Positions 1 to 11,863 of a DNA stretch of 64,000 nucleotides are shown one piece after another. This DNA is from Nymphaea colorata. Lineage: Eukaryota. The position numbers and the translations under genes were made by a program. Location: positions 10,292,001 to 10,356,000 of the forward strand of contig NC_045138.2 of NCBI RefSeq assembly GCF_008831285.2, written 5' to 3'. Position 1 is the first letter of the stretch. Each line of letters starts with the position of its first letter. Below the pieces are notes generated by a model that made no database searches, was not told where the DNA came from, and saw nothing but the letters and a program-made list of their open reading frames with translations.

Positions 1-210
1 ACTGCAGTAGGAGCTGATCGCCTAGAGTACACCAGCCCTAAGAACCGACTATGTATAGGTGGATCACTGTGAGAAGATGGGGGCATGTTGTCCAAGGCAC
101 TACTCACAAGTGTATCGGGCTCATTAACACCTTGCTCTTTATGCTCAGTCAAACGTTCTGTCCCTTGTTTTAAGATTTCAGCATGTAGCCAAGTGTCATA
201 AACCTCATTT

Positions 211-2610
211 TTATCCTTGAGTGTCATACAAGTAGCCTTGTTCTTGTAACCTGCTTTCATAAAAAACAACATGCCGTGAAATATGAACACACCCAGTTTT
301 AGGATTGTAGCATCTATAACCCTTGTAATTTTCTGCATACCCTATAAATCTGCACAAAATAGCACGATCTTGAAACTTGTTTCGTAGAGAAACATCAACA
401 TGCACATAGCAAACACATCCAAAAACACGCAATTCCTCATAGTGTGGCTGCTTTTGATGTAATAGAAAATATGGTGATTTTCCATCAAGCAAAGCTAATG
501 GCAGTCGATTTATAACATGGACAGCCGTATGAAAAGCCTCGGTCCACAATGTCATGGGTAAGTCTGTGTCATGCATCATGCTGAGGGCGCTTTCAACAAT
601 ATGTCTATGTTTCCTTTCAACAATTCCGTTTTGCTGAGGAGTATGCGGGCATGAAATTTGTCTAGTGATCCCCTTATCTAGTAAGTACTCAGTAAATTCA
701 TTAGAAATAAATTCACCACCACCATCACATTGAAAATGCACAATATTACTGGAGTATTTATTCCGAACCAAGGCATGAAATTGAGTGAACAAGCGGAAAA
801 CTTCTGATTTGTGTTTCATGAAATGGATCCAAGTATATCGGGAATATGAATCAATAAAAATGACATAGTATCTACTCCCAGAAGAAGAAGGAATTGGAGC
901 AGGCCCCCAAACATCAGAATATATGGTGTCAAAAACCTTTGAAGCTCTTTTATTGATTAATTGAAAAGGAAGGGCATGGCTCTTACAGATATGACAACTT
1001 GAGCACATGCTGGACTCACTAACTGAACTTAAACTGGACTTATCTAAGAGTCCGTCTGCAACAAGACTTCGAACAAAAGACTGACTACAATGAGCTAACC
1101 GACCATGCCAAATGGATGGCTTATTATACTCTGCGACATTGACTTCACTATGACTAGGAAAACATGAATCTGAAGGGTGAGGTATTGACAGCTGTGGAGC
1201 TTCTTCAAGGACATACATATTTCCTTTGCGAGTGCCCTCAGCGAATGTCTTCTTGGTTCGAGCATCCTTGACATAAACAGAAGATGGTGTGAATTCAACA
1301 GAGGAGTGAGTATCATCAATAAGTTTAGACACTGAGATGATACTTTTCTTGACATTTGGAACAACAAGGACATTCTTTAACGGAATGGAAGAATAGCCCA
1401 TAGATATTTGTGCATTTCCAATGTGCGATATTGTGTGATGGGAACCATCTCCTGTGACAACTGAGCCTTGATCTAAATAGGGGAAAACACTAGAGAGATT
1501 ACCTGTGTCACCAGTAACATGGGCTGCTGCTTCAGAGTCCACATACCACTCTCCTTGCTCGTTTTGTTTCAAGTGGAGCTTAGATAGGGTTGTCATGCGA
1601 AGTTGCTGCACGTCTGCTGAAACATTTGATGTCTGATTTGAGCCAGATGATGACGAAGCTGACCTTGCTGCTGCCCTGTTCTCACGCCTAACCTGATTAT
1701 TTTTGTTCTGAGGGTTGTGCCAACATTCTGATTTTACATGCCCCCTTTTGTTGCAATAGAAACAAGTTGGAACCCTTCTAGATGTGGCAGAGGTAGTATT
1801 CATGCCTGATGGTGTTGGGAGAATCCCTTTTCCCATTCCTGCCTGAGAAGTCCAAGGACGAGTGCGATTCCCTTGCAGTGCATGTGTCATTGTGATCAGT
1901 ACATTGTGGCTATTAGAAGGAATCAAATTCTGTCGCTGAACACGACTAGCTTCATGTTGAAAAAGCTTGGCCTTCAGATCTTCAAAAGATGGGAGAACAG
2001 GTAGGACTTCCAAGGCTGTGCAGAAAATATCAAATTCTGTTCCCAGTCCACTCAAGGCTTGTTGGACTTTGTCCTTGTCGCTGACAGGATGTCCAATTGC
2101 AGCAAGCTGATCGCTAACACTCTTGATTTCATTCAAGTATTCCAAAACTGTACGCGTCCCACGCTTGATGTCCTGAAATTGCCTTCTTAATTGTAGAAAA
2201 AGTGCTTCCGAGACTTGAGAATATGTTGTGGCAAGGGTAGACCACAACTCTAGGGCAGTTAAATCATCATCAATACCTATCAATACCTCCTCTGACAAGG
2301 TAGAAGTGATATAAGCAACAAGGGACTGGTCGTGAGCCAGCCAAACTTCATATTCGGGATTGTTCTCAGTAAGAGTTTCATATTCAAAACTAATTTCACC
2401 TTTATCTCCCACGACTGTCTTCTTTACTTCACGGTCAATATACTTTGGAGGTGCTGGAGTAGTCCCATCGATGTGCCCATACAGTCTATGACTTTTAATA
2501 AATGGGACAATTTGACGTTTCCAAGTCAAATAATTGCTATGGTTCAGTTTTTGAGAGATGAGTTGGGAGAGGAGACTGGAGGATAGAAGAGAAGGGGTCG
2601 GCTGATCCAT
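211..2610 (-). pseudogene. Copia gag-protease-integrase polyprotein, frameshifted after the integrase
   Basis: KLNHSNYLTWKRQ gag start; zinc knuckle CFYCNKRGHVKSEC; protease WYVDSEAAAH (DSG changed to DSE); WHGRLAH..C..C; integrase SDVWGP/CDGGGEF/NGIVERKHR. Reading continues in a shifted frame (NEVYDTWLHA) past 211. Confidence 0.9.
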
Positions 2611-2626
2611 GACTGATTAGAGAAGA

Positions 2627-2848
2627 TTAGGGCAGGCGATTTGAAGTTTTGGGCAGAATTTAAAGGCAACGACAGAAATTAGGGCAAATTGTCGCAACCG
2701 AAATTAGGGCAAATCGTGGGATTTAGGGCAGAAACAGAACTTAGGCAGAAATTAGGGCAAAACGTGGGATTTAGGGCAGATTAGGGCAAATCGTGGGATT
2801 TAGGGCAGAAACAGAACTTAGGAATAATCACGGCAGAAATTAGGGCAG
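2627..2848. repeat. Cluster of TTAGGGCA motifs in the copia 5' UTR
   Basis: Nine exact TTAGGGCA copies, plus a duplicated AAATCGTGGGATTTAGGGCAGAAACAGAACTTAGG unit. Confidence 0.85.
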
Positions 2849-2884
2849 ATTATATCAAACGGAAATCACTCACCGGAGGACGAT

Positions 2885-2900
2885 CCTGGCTCTGATACCA
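2885..2900 (-). promoter_or_regulatory. Primer binding site, tRNA-iMet
   Basis: Minus strand TGGTATCAGAGCCAGG, complementary to the 3' end of plant initiator tRNA-Met. Confidence 0.92.
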
Positions 2901-3191
2901 TGTAAGAATCTTCTTAAAATACCATGAGACCACGTCTCTCCGTCTGATAATAAGGGGGATGGAGAATAGAGAATAGAAGGGAAGCAATGAAGGAGAGAAT
3001 GCCATCGGCCAATGCAGCCGCACGATGCTTGATCTCTATATTAAAACATGACCTAATCAGGTTACAACAAAAGGAATAAAACATGAAGTAATTACAAGAG
3101 ATACCACCGCCTAATATGTTTAGGCGTGAAAAAAGAAAGAAAGTGGATCGGGTCTGAACAGACCCGATCCAATATACATACAGACTTAACA
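2901..3191 (-). repeat. 5' LTR of the Ale-type copia (291 bp)
   Basis: TG...CA ends with short terminal inverted repeats; adjacent to the PBS. Confidence 0.8.
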
Positions 3192-3207
3192 GTTAGTGGG
3201 TATGCAT

Positions 3208-3240
<33 letters not shown>

Positions 3241-3303
3241 CTAACTAAACATCATTTATTTTGTGAATTGGGTGTATCAACTGATGTATAAATCGTGGCC
3301 ATG

Positions 3304-6082
3304 TGTTAGGGGCCGGGTCTTGAGTCGCGTGTCAGGCCCATTAGATTGACGGAACACGTATAAATAAGGGTTGGGCAGTTGTAATTAGGGTATTGTAGAA
3401 ATTAGTGGGTGTTCCTTTGGGAGGAGAAACCATAATCTGGAGATTAGGGCTCAGTGTGCTTATGGAGTTTGAGGGTTTTCTCTTGTAAGGGCTCATCAAG
3501 CTTAGCGGTGGCTAACAATGGTATCAGAGCCAAAGAAAGGGGAGCGGATGACCTGGTGTGACACTTTGACGGCCATAGACGTCCTCCAATGCGCAAAAGA
3601 ATCGATGGAGGCATTGGACCAATATCTGCAGACGGTGGAGCGACATCGCTGGGAAAAGGACGGAAGAATTCCGGCTGTTCTCAGCGAGTAGCAATCCCTC
3701 ACGGTGATGATGCGAGAGCTTCTACGACAAGGTAAGAACTCAAACTCACCGAGTCTAGAGAGGGCTGATACAAAGAGCTATCAACTGGCGGGGGGATAGC
3801 ATGGACCGCCTCCATTGGGAAGAGTAGAGAAAACGCTGTCCTCAATAGGCAAAGACGTTGGAAGATCGACTGGTTGGGAGGCCGCGAAGATGCCAAACAA
3901 CGTGAATAAGATGTGGGAGGCTATGATAGCAGAATACAGGCAGATGCGTCTAATGCTTGAAGAGCTTCTTGGTAAGAAACTGATCGAGGTCGCTCTGTCA
4001 AGAGAGGAAGTTCACGCACAAGCAACAATTGATTCAGAAAATTCAAATAGTGAACGAGAAGAAGAAGATGTTCAAGGCGATGGGTCAAAACCTGTGTTCG
4101 TGGGGGATGCTAGAAGACAACGTCATGCAGTTAGGGATGATGAAGACATTGCTTTCCCACTCCAAATCCTACCACAGAGGATGATCGGTCATGTCGTCGA
4201 GCACCAAGGCAGAGACAACAAAGCTAAAGGAGCTCTTATAGTTGAATCAATGAGCCAACGAGAGGATGGCATCACCCATAGGACTGCGCACTTCGAGTTT
4301 GGCACTGGGGGAAAGAAGTACGAAGAGAATGAGTTAGAAAGGGAGATGCCCTCGCATATTTCAGTTAGGCAGCAAGAGAAGCCCCCTTGGAATCAAGACG
4401 TGGCAGTAACAACAGAGGATATGGAAGGGTCGGCCATTGAGTTCGATGATCAGAAGGTGTCACCCCTGCTGAAGGAAGTACATGGACAGGACACAAATAA
4501 AGGCAACCACAATAAAACGGGAAAAGGCTACCTACCATTGCAGTCTGTGTATGGGAGAGATGCTTTGGGCGACTGTGGAATTTGGCCACTGATTAATATT
4601 CTGAGATTAGGTCTTCTGGGATGGAAGCTGGAGGAGCCAAAGACGGGTTCCATCGTGTGCAAGACCATTGATGATGATGAAGGAGGTAGAAGTATCCTTT
4701 CAGTATGGAAGAGAACGACTCTAGAAATCGAAATGGAGGAAGCAGCCAGTGAGAAACGGGAAGAAGAGACGAAGTTGACTGCAATTTGGACGTTGGGTGT
4801 TTGGCTTGCCGTAGAACTGGTAGGGTCGCTTGTCACTATGACTGCTCTAAAACCTGCCCTGGCCTCTTTATCTAACTTCTTCCATAGTAAAGGTTATACG
4901 GTTGTCCTTGCCACGGCGTCCTTGAGGTACCTCGAAGGGAGATGGAAGCTATAGATGGCTCACTGAGGAGCAATCCAAGCCATTAAACTCATATTGGGAC
5001 CATCGATGTTATCATTCTATCCAACACCGTATATGTTGGTCGAAGCTCCAGTTGGCACAGGGGAATTCTCGGCAGAAAGTGGTAATGATGAGCATTACCT
5101 CACCAGGTGGCTAGAGAAGTTCAGTGCTGCGGCAGGTAAGGACACTTGTCACAACCAATTGGTAAAAGTGGATGACTCGTGGGATATATGTTTTGTCCTA
5201 TTTTGTCGATCCACATATGTAGCACTTCATGATTGTTACATGAAGGAAATAGCAAAAGGGAGGCCATTTTTTTTATCATAGATTTTGACGAGGTTAGGTG
5301 GACATTTCTTCAATCGCTAGAAGTTTCTACAACGAAGCTACCTGAGCACTTCAAGAAGGAAGAACTCATGCCCTTGCTTGATTTTCATGTGAAAAGGTTA
5401 CTAGGTGCCAGATTAAAGGAGATGGAGCCTACTATTTGCTTGCAAACATCTAAGGAGGCAACTGCCTTGGAAGTTATAGGAATAATGAAGCAACGTGCAG
5501 GGAATTTTTTGTTTCAACTTTCACTTCTTACAACAGACAAGAAGTTGTATGACGGATGGAGAAATTCTTTGTGCTGACTACCACCACGTCGAGCTACTCC
5601 CAACAATATTGGAGGCCATTGAAGGGGTCACAAGGAGAAGGGATCTTTGGTCGCTTACACCAAGGCGGGGCAAGTTTAGCTACGGAAGTTCCAAGCCTCT
5701 AGTGGTCATTAATGACTTCAACTTGAAACTCAAGAAAAAAGAGGGGACATCCCAGGGCCACACAAAAGTTAGGAGAGAGGCCATAAGCCAAACAAAAGGG
5801 AGTTTGACGCAGACAGTGATTGCCTTTCATGCTCATACCTTGAGGGCAAGGTGTGCTTCAAAGAGGGGAGTATTGTTAGGGACCGGGTCCTGGGTCGTGG
5901 GTCAGGCCCATTAGACTGACCCAGGAACAAGTATAAATAAGGGTTGGGCAGCTGTAATTAGGTTATTGCAGAAATTAGTGGGTGTTCCTCTGGGAGGAGA
6001 AACCCTAATCTAGAGATTAGGGCTGAGTGGAGTTTGGGGGTTTTCTCTTGTAAGGGCTCATCAAGGTTAGCGGTGGCTAACA
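3304..6082 (+). mobile_element. Complete non-autonomous LTR retrotransposon, Ty3/gypsy chromovirus-derived
   Basis: LTRs 3304-3517 and 5874-6082 (TGTTAGG...GCTAACA); perfect 5-bp TSD CCATG (3299-3303 and 6083-6087); PBS TGGTATCAGAGCCA 3519-3532; PPT AAAGAGGGGAG ~5860-5870; tail reads LEGKVCFKEGSIV like chromovirus pol ends; no RT or integrase motifs. Confidence 0.92.
3548..5870 (+). pseudogene. Decayed long ORF of unknown function filling the interior of the LTR element
   Basis: ATG at 3548 is in frame with ORFs 3815-4954 and 4994-5281, separated only by isolated stops; overlapping ORFs 5233-5577 and 5495-5914 follow in other frames; no domain recognised. Confidence 0.55.
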
Positions 6083-6199
6083 CCATGACGTATTGATGTA
6101 GAAAAAAAAAAAAAAAAAAAGATATTTGAAAGGCACTATTGGACTCTTGTATAAAACCAGTTGGTTGGATAAAGGCCCATATGCACATTTGACGGGATT

Positions 6200-6580
6200 T
6201 TCATGAAAGAAGGCTAGTCCCAGATGACAATGTCTTTATTGGAGCTGATTTAGTATCTTGGAGTAGCAGACAATAAAAAATCATTGTTAGATCTAGCACT
6301 AAAACAAAATGAAGATGTTGACTACTACCAGCAGATGTCACATGGATCAGACATTTGTTGACTGAATTGAGTGAGTCTATTTGGAGATTTTTTTTTTTTC
6401 CATTTCATCCATCAACATGAAACAAAATATATTGAGATTGGTCAACATTTCATCAGTCAAAATTTGAAAAAAGATTGAATTTCTTCTTGCTGAAAATCAG
6501 GTAACTGGCTTTCACAAAAGACTTGATCAAATATTGGCTTTGTTTTTTGGCACAAGCCCATGCACAAGTCAAGGGAAGCG
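6200..6580 (+). mobile_element. Highly decayed copia RNase H remnant
   Basis: Translates to FIGADLVSWSSRQ*KIIVRSST...TWIRHLLTEL...TKYIEIGQHF, matching copia RNase H motifs. Confidence 0.6.
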
Positions 6581-7267
6581 GTTGAGGCTTCTCAAAACTA
6601 AATCTGAATCCCTGAGACGTGCATTCTTTTGTCTGACGTATTTACCATTATCTTGTATATTATTGTATTTCTTCTTTATGTAGCATGGTATTGTTATTCT
6701 TTCAATGCACTGAAGCAACAGTACCCACACGTTGGGATTCGTGACGATTGTGTGCCTCCTTTGTCTTCTCTCTTGGTCATGGTGATTGATTCCAGTGGTA
6801 TTTCTCAGGAATTGAACATCTGTGGTGTGATGGCTGTTTTTTTCTAAAGATATTATATTTTTTTCTTCACACGATATCTTGGCTGTTCTTCGTGACGGGA
6901 GAAAGCATACTAAAATTTTGTAAGATTTTCTGGGAATCTGCTAGTTAACAAGTAGGTAGTAGTATTCTAATTATTGGTCGTGATCAGGGATAATAATTTT
7001 TGTGTTGTCTCAATCATAACATAATTTCATAGAAAAAGTGGAGTTATTTTTGTCATGAATATACCTTGACGTTTATCTTGATGGATGGTAGTCATCTTGC
7101 CTTTTTTTCCTCAATAACATGAAAGTTTTGCGTGGCTATTTGCATGTTTTATTTTCTTTCGACTTGGTCGGTTAGAGTGTTAAGAACTACCGTGGTGTAA
7201 TGTATTCTCCCCTTCTGACGGTCATCCTAATCCTATCACTGCACATGAACCATTTGTGTTCCTTCAG

Positions 7268-7373
7268 GTCAAACGCTTCAAGAAGATGTTACAAAAGGCT
7301 GGTATCAGTAAGTGTAGCGTATATCCACTTGCATCAGATTCGATTGAACGCCTTATGCCTGTTTATTCATCTG
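7268..7373 (+). CDS. RH1: Penultimate exon of a DEAD-box RNA helicase, RH1/DDX51(Dbp6)-like
   Basis: Acceptor TTCCTTCAG, donor GTACGC; VKRFKKMLQKAGISKCSVYPLASDSIERLMPVYSS resembles the C-terminus of Arabidopsis RH1 as recalled; upstream exons lie left of the window. Confidence 0.72.
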
Positions 7374-7451
7374 GTACGCACATATTTTGGTCTTTCTTAT
7401 TCTCTGAAGCCGACTTCTCGATCTCATTTCTATATTTCTATCTGCCAACAG

Positions 7452-7549
7452 CATTAGAAAAATTGAAAGAGTTAGCAGATTCAGAAGAAAACAAGCGAGC
7501 TTCATGGCGTCCAGCCAAAACCAGGGACACAGTCAAAGTGGGAAAGTAG
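7452..7549 (+). CDS. RH1: Last coding exon of the RH1/DDX51-like helicase
   Basis: Acceptor CCAACAG; splices in frame (G+CA = Ala) to ALEKLKELADSEENKR...*. Confidence 0.72.
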
Positions 7550-8944
7550 CTGCCTACTTTCACTAGCTCGGCTTTCTCATCGTTTCAGTTTGAGCATCAA
7601 CCCTGCCATTTCAGGATTGGAGAGAGGCGCTCCTATAAACAGGCTCACAGCAGAGATCAACGGGCACAGAAAGATCACGTTCTCTGTTCAATGCCCAATT
7701 AATATTTTATGCATTTTTAATTCAGTATAAGCTAATTCATGTCGTAATTTGGAAAGCTTCTGTATTCAAGTAACCTCCAGCCGTTCATATGTTGTTAACT
7801 TTTTTGTTTTTTCACATTTAGATGTAGTCTAAGTCCTGGTTACAGTTAGTGTATTGGTGATGATGCTATGTGGGTGTGGCGAAGGTAGGATGATGGAAAG
7901 AGAGAGAGAGAGAGAGAGTGAAAGTGCTGTGCACGATTGAAAGTCTTCCGAGAACAAATAAAACTAAACATAGGAAAAAGTAAGAAAATAGATGATAAAG
8001 AATGTGGGGGACCCTGGTCGTCTGTGTATTTCTGCGCCATCTTCGAGTGATGGTGGGGCGGGTGGTTGGAATGGGCGCTCTGATTGGGGGTTCGGTTCGG
8101 CGCCGTTGGAAAGCTCTTGTGGGGGGTGTAATCGTTTGGGAGTCCACTTTTCTGATTAGGACTCCACTTTTCTTATTTTTCTACTTCTAAGTTCAGACTC
8201 TTTAACAATTCTACAAGAAATGGGTTTCAAGGGTTATAGCTCTTCTGTTTTCTTAAGTTAAAAGGATCTCTTTATTGTTTTATTTAAAAGAAAGAACATT
8301 ACTATAATTTCCAATCGGAAATTGAAGGGAGTTAGGCTGCGGACCTTTTTATTGCAAAAAAAAGAATAGAAAAAAAGAGTACAAGGATATCACTATCATT
8401 TCTGTTCTCATAACATGTAAGCAACTTCTATACAATTTTTTTTCTAAAGCAAAAGTCGACATTAACAGTTGGCGGTTATTAGTGCATCTGAGACGTATAT
8501 GAAAAATATTAGAAACTTGTGTCGCATGCTCGAGATTATGTGGGAACTGATCCTCTACGCAAAAAAAAATCGTCTTAACATAATAAGGCGCAGAACGGCG
8601 GGACACCTAAAGACGGGTCCCGCGCGAGAGTGGACACCGGCGGCCGCGCCTTCACGTGCGGCCCGCAAATTCATTTATTATTGTTACTACTACTTTCTCG
8701 AGCGAGGTTTCGGCGCGGTGGGTCCCGCACGCGAACATGGCACGTTGTTGCGTCAAATCAAAAATAATGTCGATACTTTGAGAAACGACAACTTAAAAAT
8801 TATTACATATATATTTCGGAAGGGAGCCTTGGCCCCCTCCAAATTCATGCACCAACTCTGCTTTTCTATCTTTCCAGATCCTGTTCTTTATACACATTTT
8901 AAGCTTGCACAAGCTGTGTTAGCAATAAAGGTTCACGGACAATT

Positions 8945-9116
8945 CAGTGGCGGAATAAGAATTTTTGGATTGAAGAGTTTTTAAGTTTAAAATTTGAACT
9001 TTGAAGGACACTCGTGTATAAAAAGAAAAATGAAAATTATTGAAGTATCTATACGTACATAAAGTGAATTTGATGGAATTGTGCAGACAATTGCTCACGT
9101 CATAGCTCCGCCGCTA
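8945..9116. mobile_element. Old MITE with CAGTGGCGGA-type TIRs
   Basis: CAGTGGCGGA...TCCGCCGCTA ends, AT-rich interior, no clear TSD. Confidence 0.45.
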
Positions 9117-10956
9117 AAAAAAGTGCAGCATCAACTTAGTACCGTGCTGCATCCAATATAATTTAGAAGCGCAGTTGGCAATACTTTGTTTTTGTGCCAA
9201 CAGCTCCATCAGCTATACTGACAACTATCTTTTTTGACAGATGAAACTATTAAGCAGTCAATTGATGCTGGGGAACTTGAAAAAGGCAATCGAATGGATT
9301 CCGTTTGACTGCAGATTGTTTTTTCATTTCTTGTTTTGAGAGTAAAGGATATGGGGGCTGTATGTAGCCAAAACAAGGGAGCCAAGTTGCATGCTTTTAT
9401 TATTTCAAATGTATGCATGGTCAAGATAGTACAACAATTTTTCTTTCCAATAAAAAAAAAGGCAGAACTTTGGGTTTTGGTCAGAGAGAAACAACCCTTC
9501 GAGTGCGATATCTGGCAGCGCCATTGTTACCTATTGCATCGACGATAGCCTTTCAACGTAAAATTTCATGATAAAGAAGACCCCAAAAAATTTTGCAAAA
9601 GGAAGTTCTACCAAGCAAAAATATAATCTAGCCCTTCTAAAAATTCGTGCCCTTCCAACCCTTTCCAAACAAAAAAACTAAAAAAAATATAATTTGGCTC
9701 CTTTAAAAATTTTGAGAAATATTTTTAGCGAAGATTTTTTTTTTTTTTTTTTTGGATCTGCTGCTGCTCCAATGGCCAAGATACACCGGAGGCTGGTGTG
9801 ATCCACACCAACCCATTAAAAGTTTCAGTTTACAAATTCAAAATTATATTGTGATGACTTAAAAATTAAGTTAGGTGCCCACACCAAAATTGGACTGACT
9901 GTTGGCTAGAGTGCTCGTCAACCAAAAAATCCTAGCTCTGCTCTATAATGCGTTTATGGGCCAAGCGGCCAGCAGAGAAAACAAGGGAACTGCTGAAGTT
10001 TTAAGTCGCAAAAGCACAGCCAAGTCCCACAGTCCTAGTGCGGTTTCAAAGAGAAACAGAGACCATGCCAGGGGCCCTTTCGGACCTTCTTCAACATGAT
10101 GGCCTGAAAACTAACCAACTCCATAACAAAGTGGGTGAACCTCTTGTTGGCAGTTTCTTTATCAGTCATGCTTGGACGGCAATATATTCAATCTCCAAAT
10201 GCAGAGAAGGTTCTCTTGAGGTTCCTTTAACAGCCCCGCTGGGAACTAGTCAAAATATGAGTGAGAACCAAGAAAAGTGGCATTGTGGTCACATGGCTCG
10301 AGTTGAACAATTTAGTGCCCTCCACCACCCTTCACGATGGGTTTTCATCACTAAAAAAAAAAAAAAAAAGAGGGGGAGAGAAAAAGGGAAAACGGTGGCT
10401 TCTGCATCGAAACAAATAATTAAGCATTGGTTTATGGTTTATGTATGGTACATTAGCTCAATTAACATTAATTTTTTTGTTAGATATCAAGGCTCAAACT
10501 TCAGCACTTCACACAAGTGCTGTTAAAATCAAATAAAAAGGGGAATATAATTGATTAAATAAGGAAAATGATGCAAAAAAGTGAATTGGTTCATGTCATC
10601 ACACTAAGTCATCCTTTCTAATTTCTCAGAACATGCTAGTTATTATTTTGGTTGTTGTAAATTGCATGTCTCTGATTGGTTTAACTTTGTTATCATTATT
10701 TACCTAATATTCATATATAGGTTTTTGTACAAAGGCTCTGGACCTTTGATTTATGCGTTACTAAATATTTAACGCAAACGAGCAGCTTTGTCAATTGAGC
10801 GGCAATGATATAGCCACAAGGAAATGATTCTGATGGCATTTCATTCTACTTAGCAAAAGCTTCAAATGACCTGATCTCCAACCATTTAGGACCTATAAAT
10901 GAAGTTCAAAAGAATTGACAGTGATGCTTTGCTTGAAACCTGATTAACAACAAAAT

Positions 10957-11018
<62 letters not shown>

Positions 11019-11026
11019 ACACACAA
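10957..11026. repeat. Compound microsatellite (TG)n(AG)n(AC)n
   Basis: Read directly. Confidence 0.95.
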
Positions 11027-11519
11027 ACACAAAAAGTTTCCCTGTGACAGGCAAACTGGCATGCTAAAAATTGCAATTTGTGAAGCTTTTGGCATTCGAT
11101 TACCTTTTGCGGTTATAGCATTTAGAATAAATAAAAATAGCGAGTACCAAGCTATTATTAACCAAATACTGGTTCTCGTTAACCCCACGACAAACTCAAG
11201 TATAAGATATTTAGCAGCTTCAAATCGTTCAATATATAACCCTATATGTGCCACACTCTTCCATTTGGAGAAATAGTTAGACTCCATGCCAAAGGTGCAT
11301 AATCAAATTCTCTCTCTCTCTCGTTAAGTCATGGAAAATAGACACTTAGATAAGAAACAATCTCAACCCTTAATCTTTTCTAGCTTAGTAGTTGAGAAAA
11401 AACCCAAAGAAAAAAGTGAACATGATGATGAAAATGTCAATCACCATTTTTTCTTCATTTTTCTATAACCATCGATGTGAAGAAATTGTTCCTTATACAC
11501 ACACACACACACACACATT

Positions 11520-11776
11520 CTTAGGTTAAAATTAATTGTTAGATTATTATTTTTGCAATCTAATTTTATGGATATGATCTTAAGAGTGGTTTGGTTGTCT
11601 GTTTCTACTTAAATGATTTTTTTTAATAAGAAAAAAATGAATGGCTCTTGTAAGATGAAAATTTTGACAGTAGAAAATCTAATGTTTTTCACAAAAATAC
11701 TAAAATTGGAGTCTGATTTAAAACACTTTTTAACATAAATATATGAGGTCTGGTTTTATCCCTTATTGAAGTGGTT

Positions 11777-11779
<3 letters not shown>
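11520..11779. mobile_element. Microsatellite-embedded MITE, truncated copy
   Basis: Colinear similarity to 29226-29572 (TTAAAATTAATT, GATATGATC.TAAGAGTG, AAAACACTTTTTAACA, TTTTATCCCTTA); flanked by (AC)n and (TA)n. Confidence 0.65.

Positions 11780-11861
<82 letters not shown>
11779..11861. repeat. (TA)n microsatellite
   Basis: Read directly. Confidence 0.95.

Positions 11862-11863
<2 letters not shown>

Larger units (their letters stand above)
1..3191 (-). mobile_element. Ty1/copia LTR retrotransposon, Ale/Retrofit-like; 5' part, runs off the left edge of the window
   Basis: 5' LTR 2901-3191 (minus strand TGTTAAG...CTTACA), immediately followed by a tRNA-iMet PBS and then a gag-pol ORF. 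Confidence 0.93.

Noticed and set aside
2627..2848. Interstitial telomere
   Set aside because: The motifs are interspersed, not tandem TTTAGGG, and lie within a retrotransposon leader
7846..8984. Short ORFs downstream of the helicase (7866-8147, 8002-8190, 8469-8984)
   Set aside because: No recognisable domain or splice structure; mostly non-ATG starts
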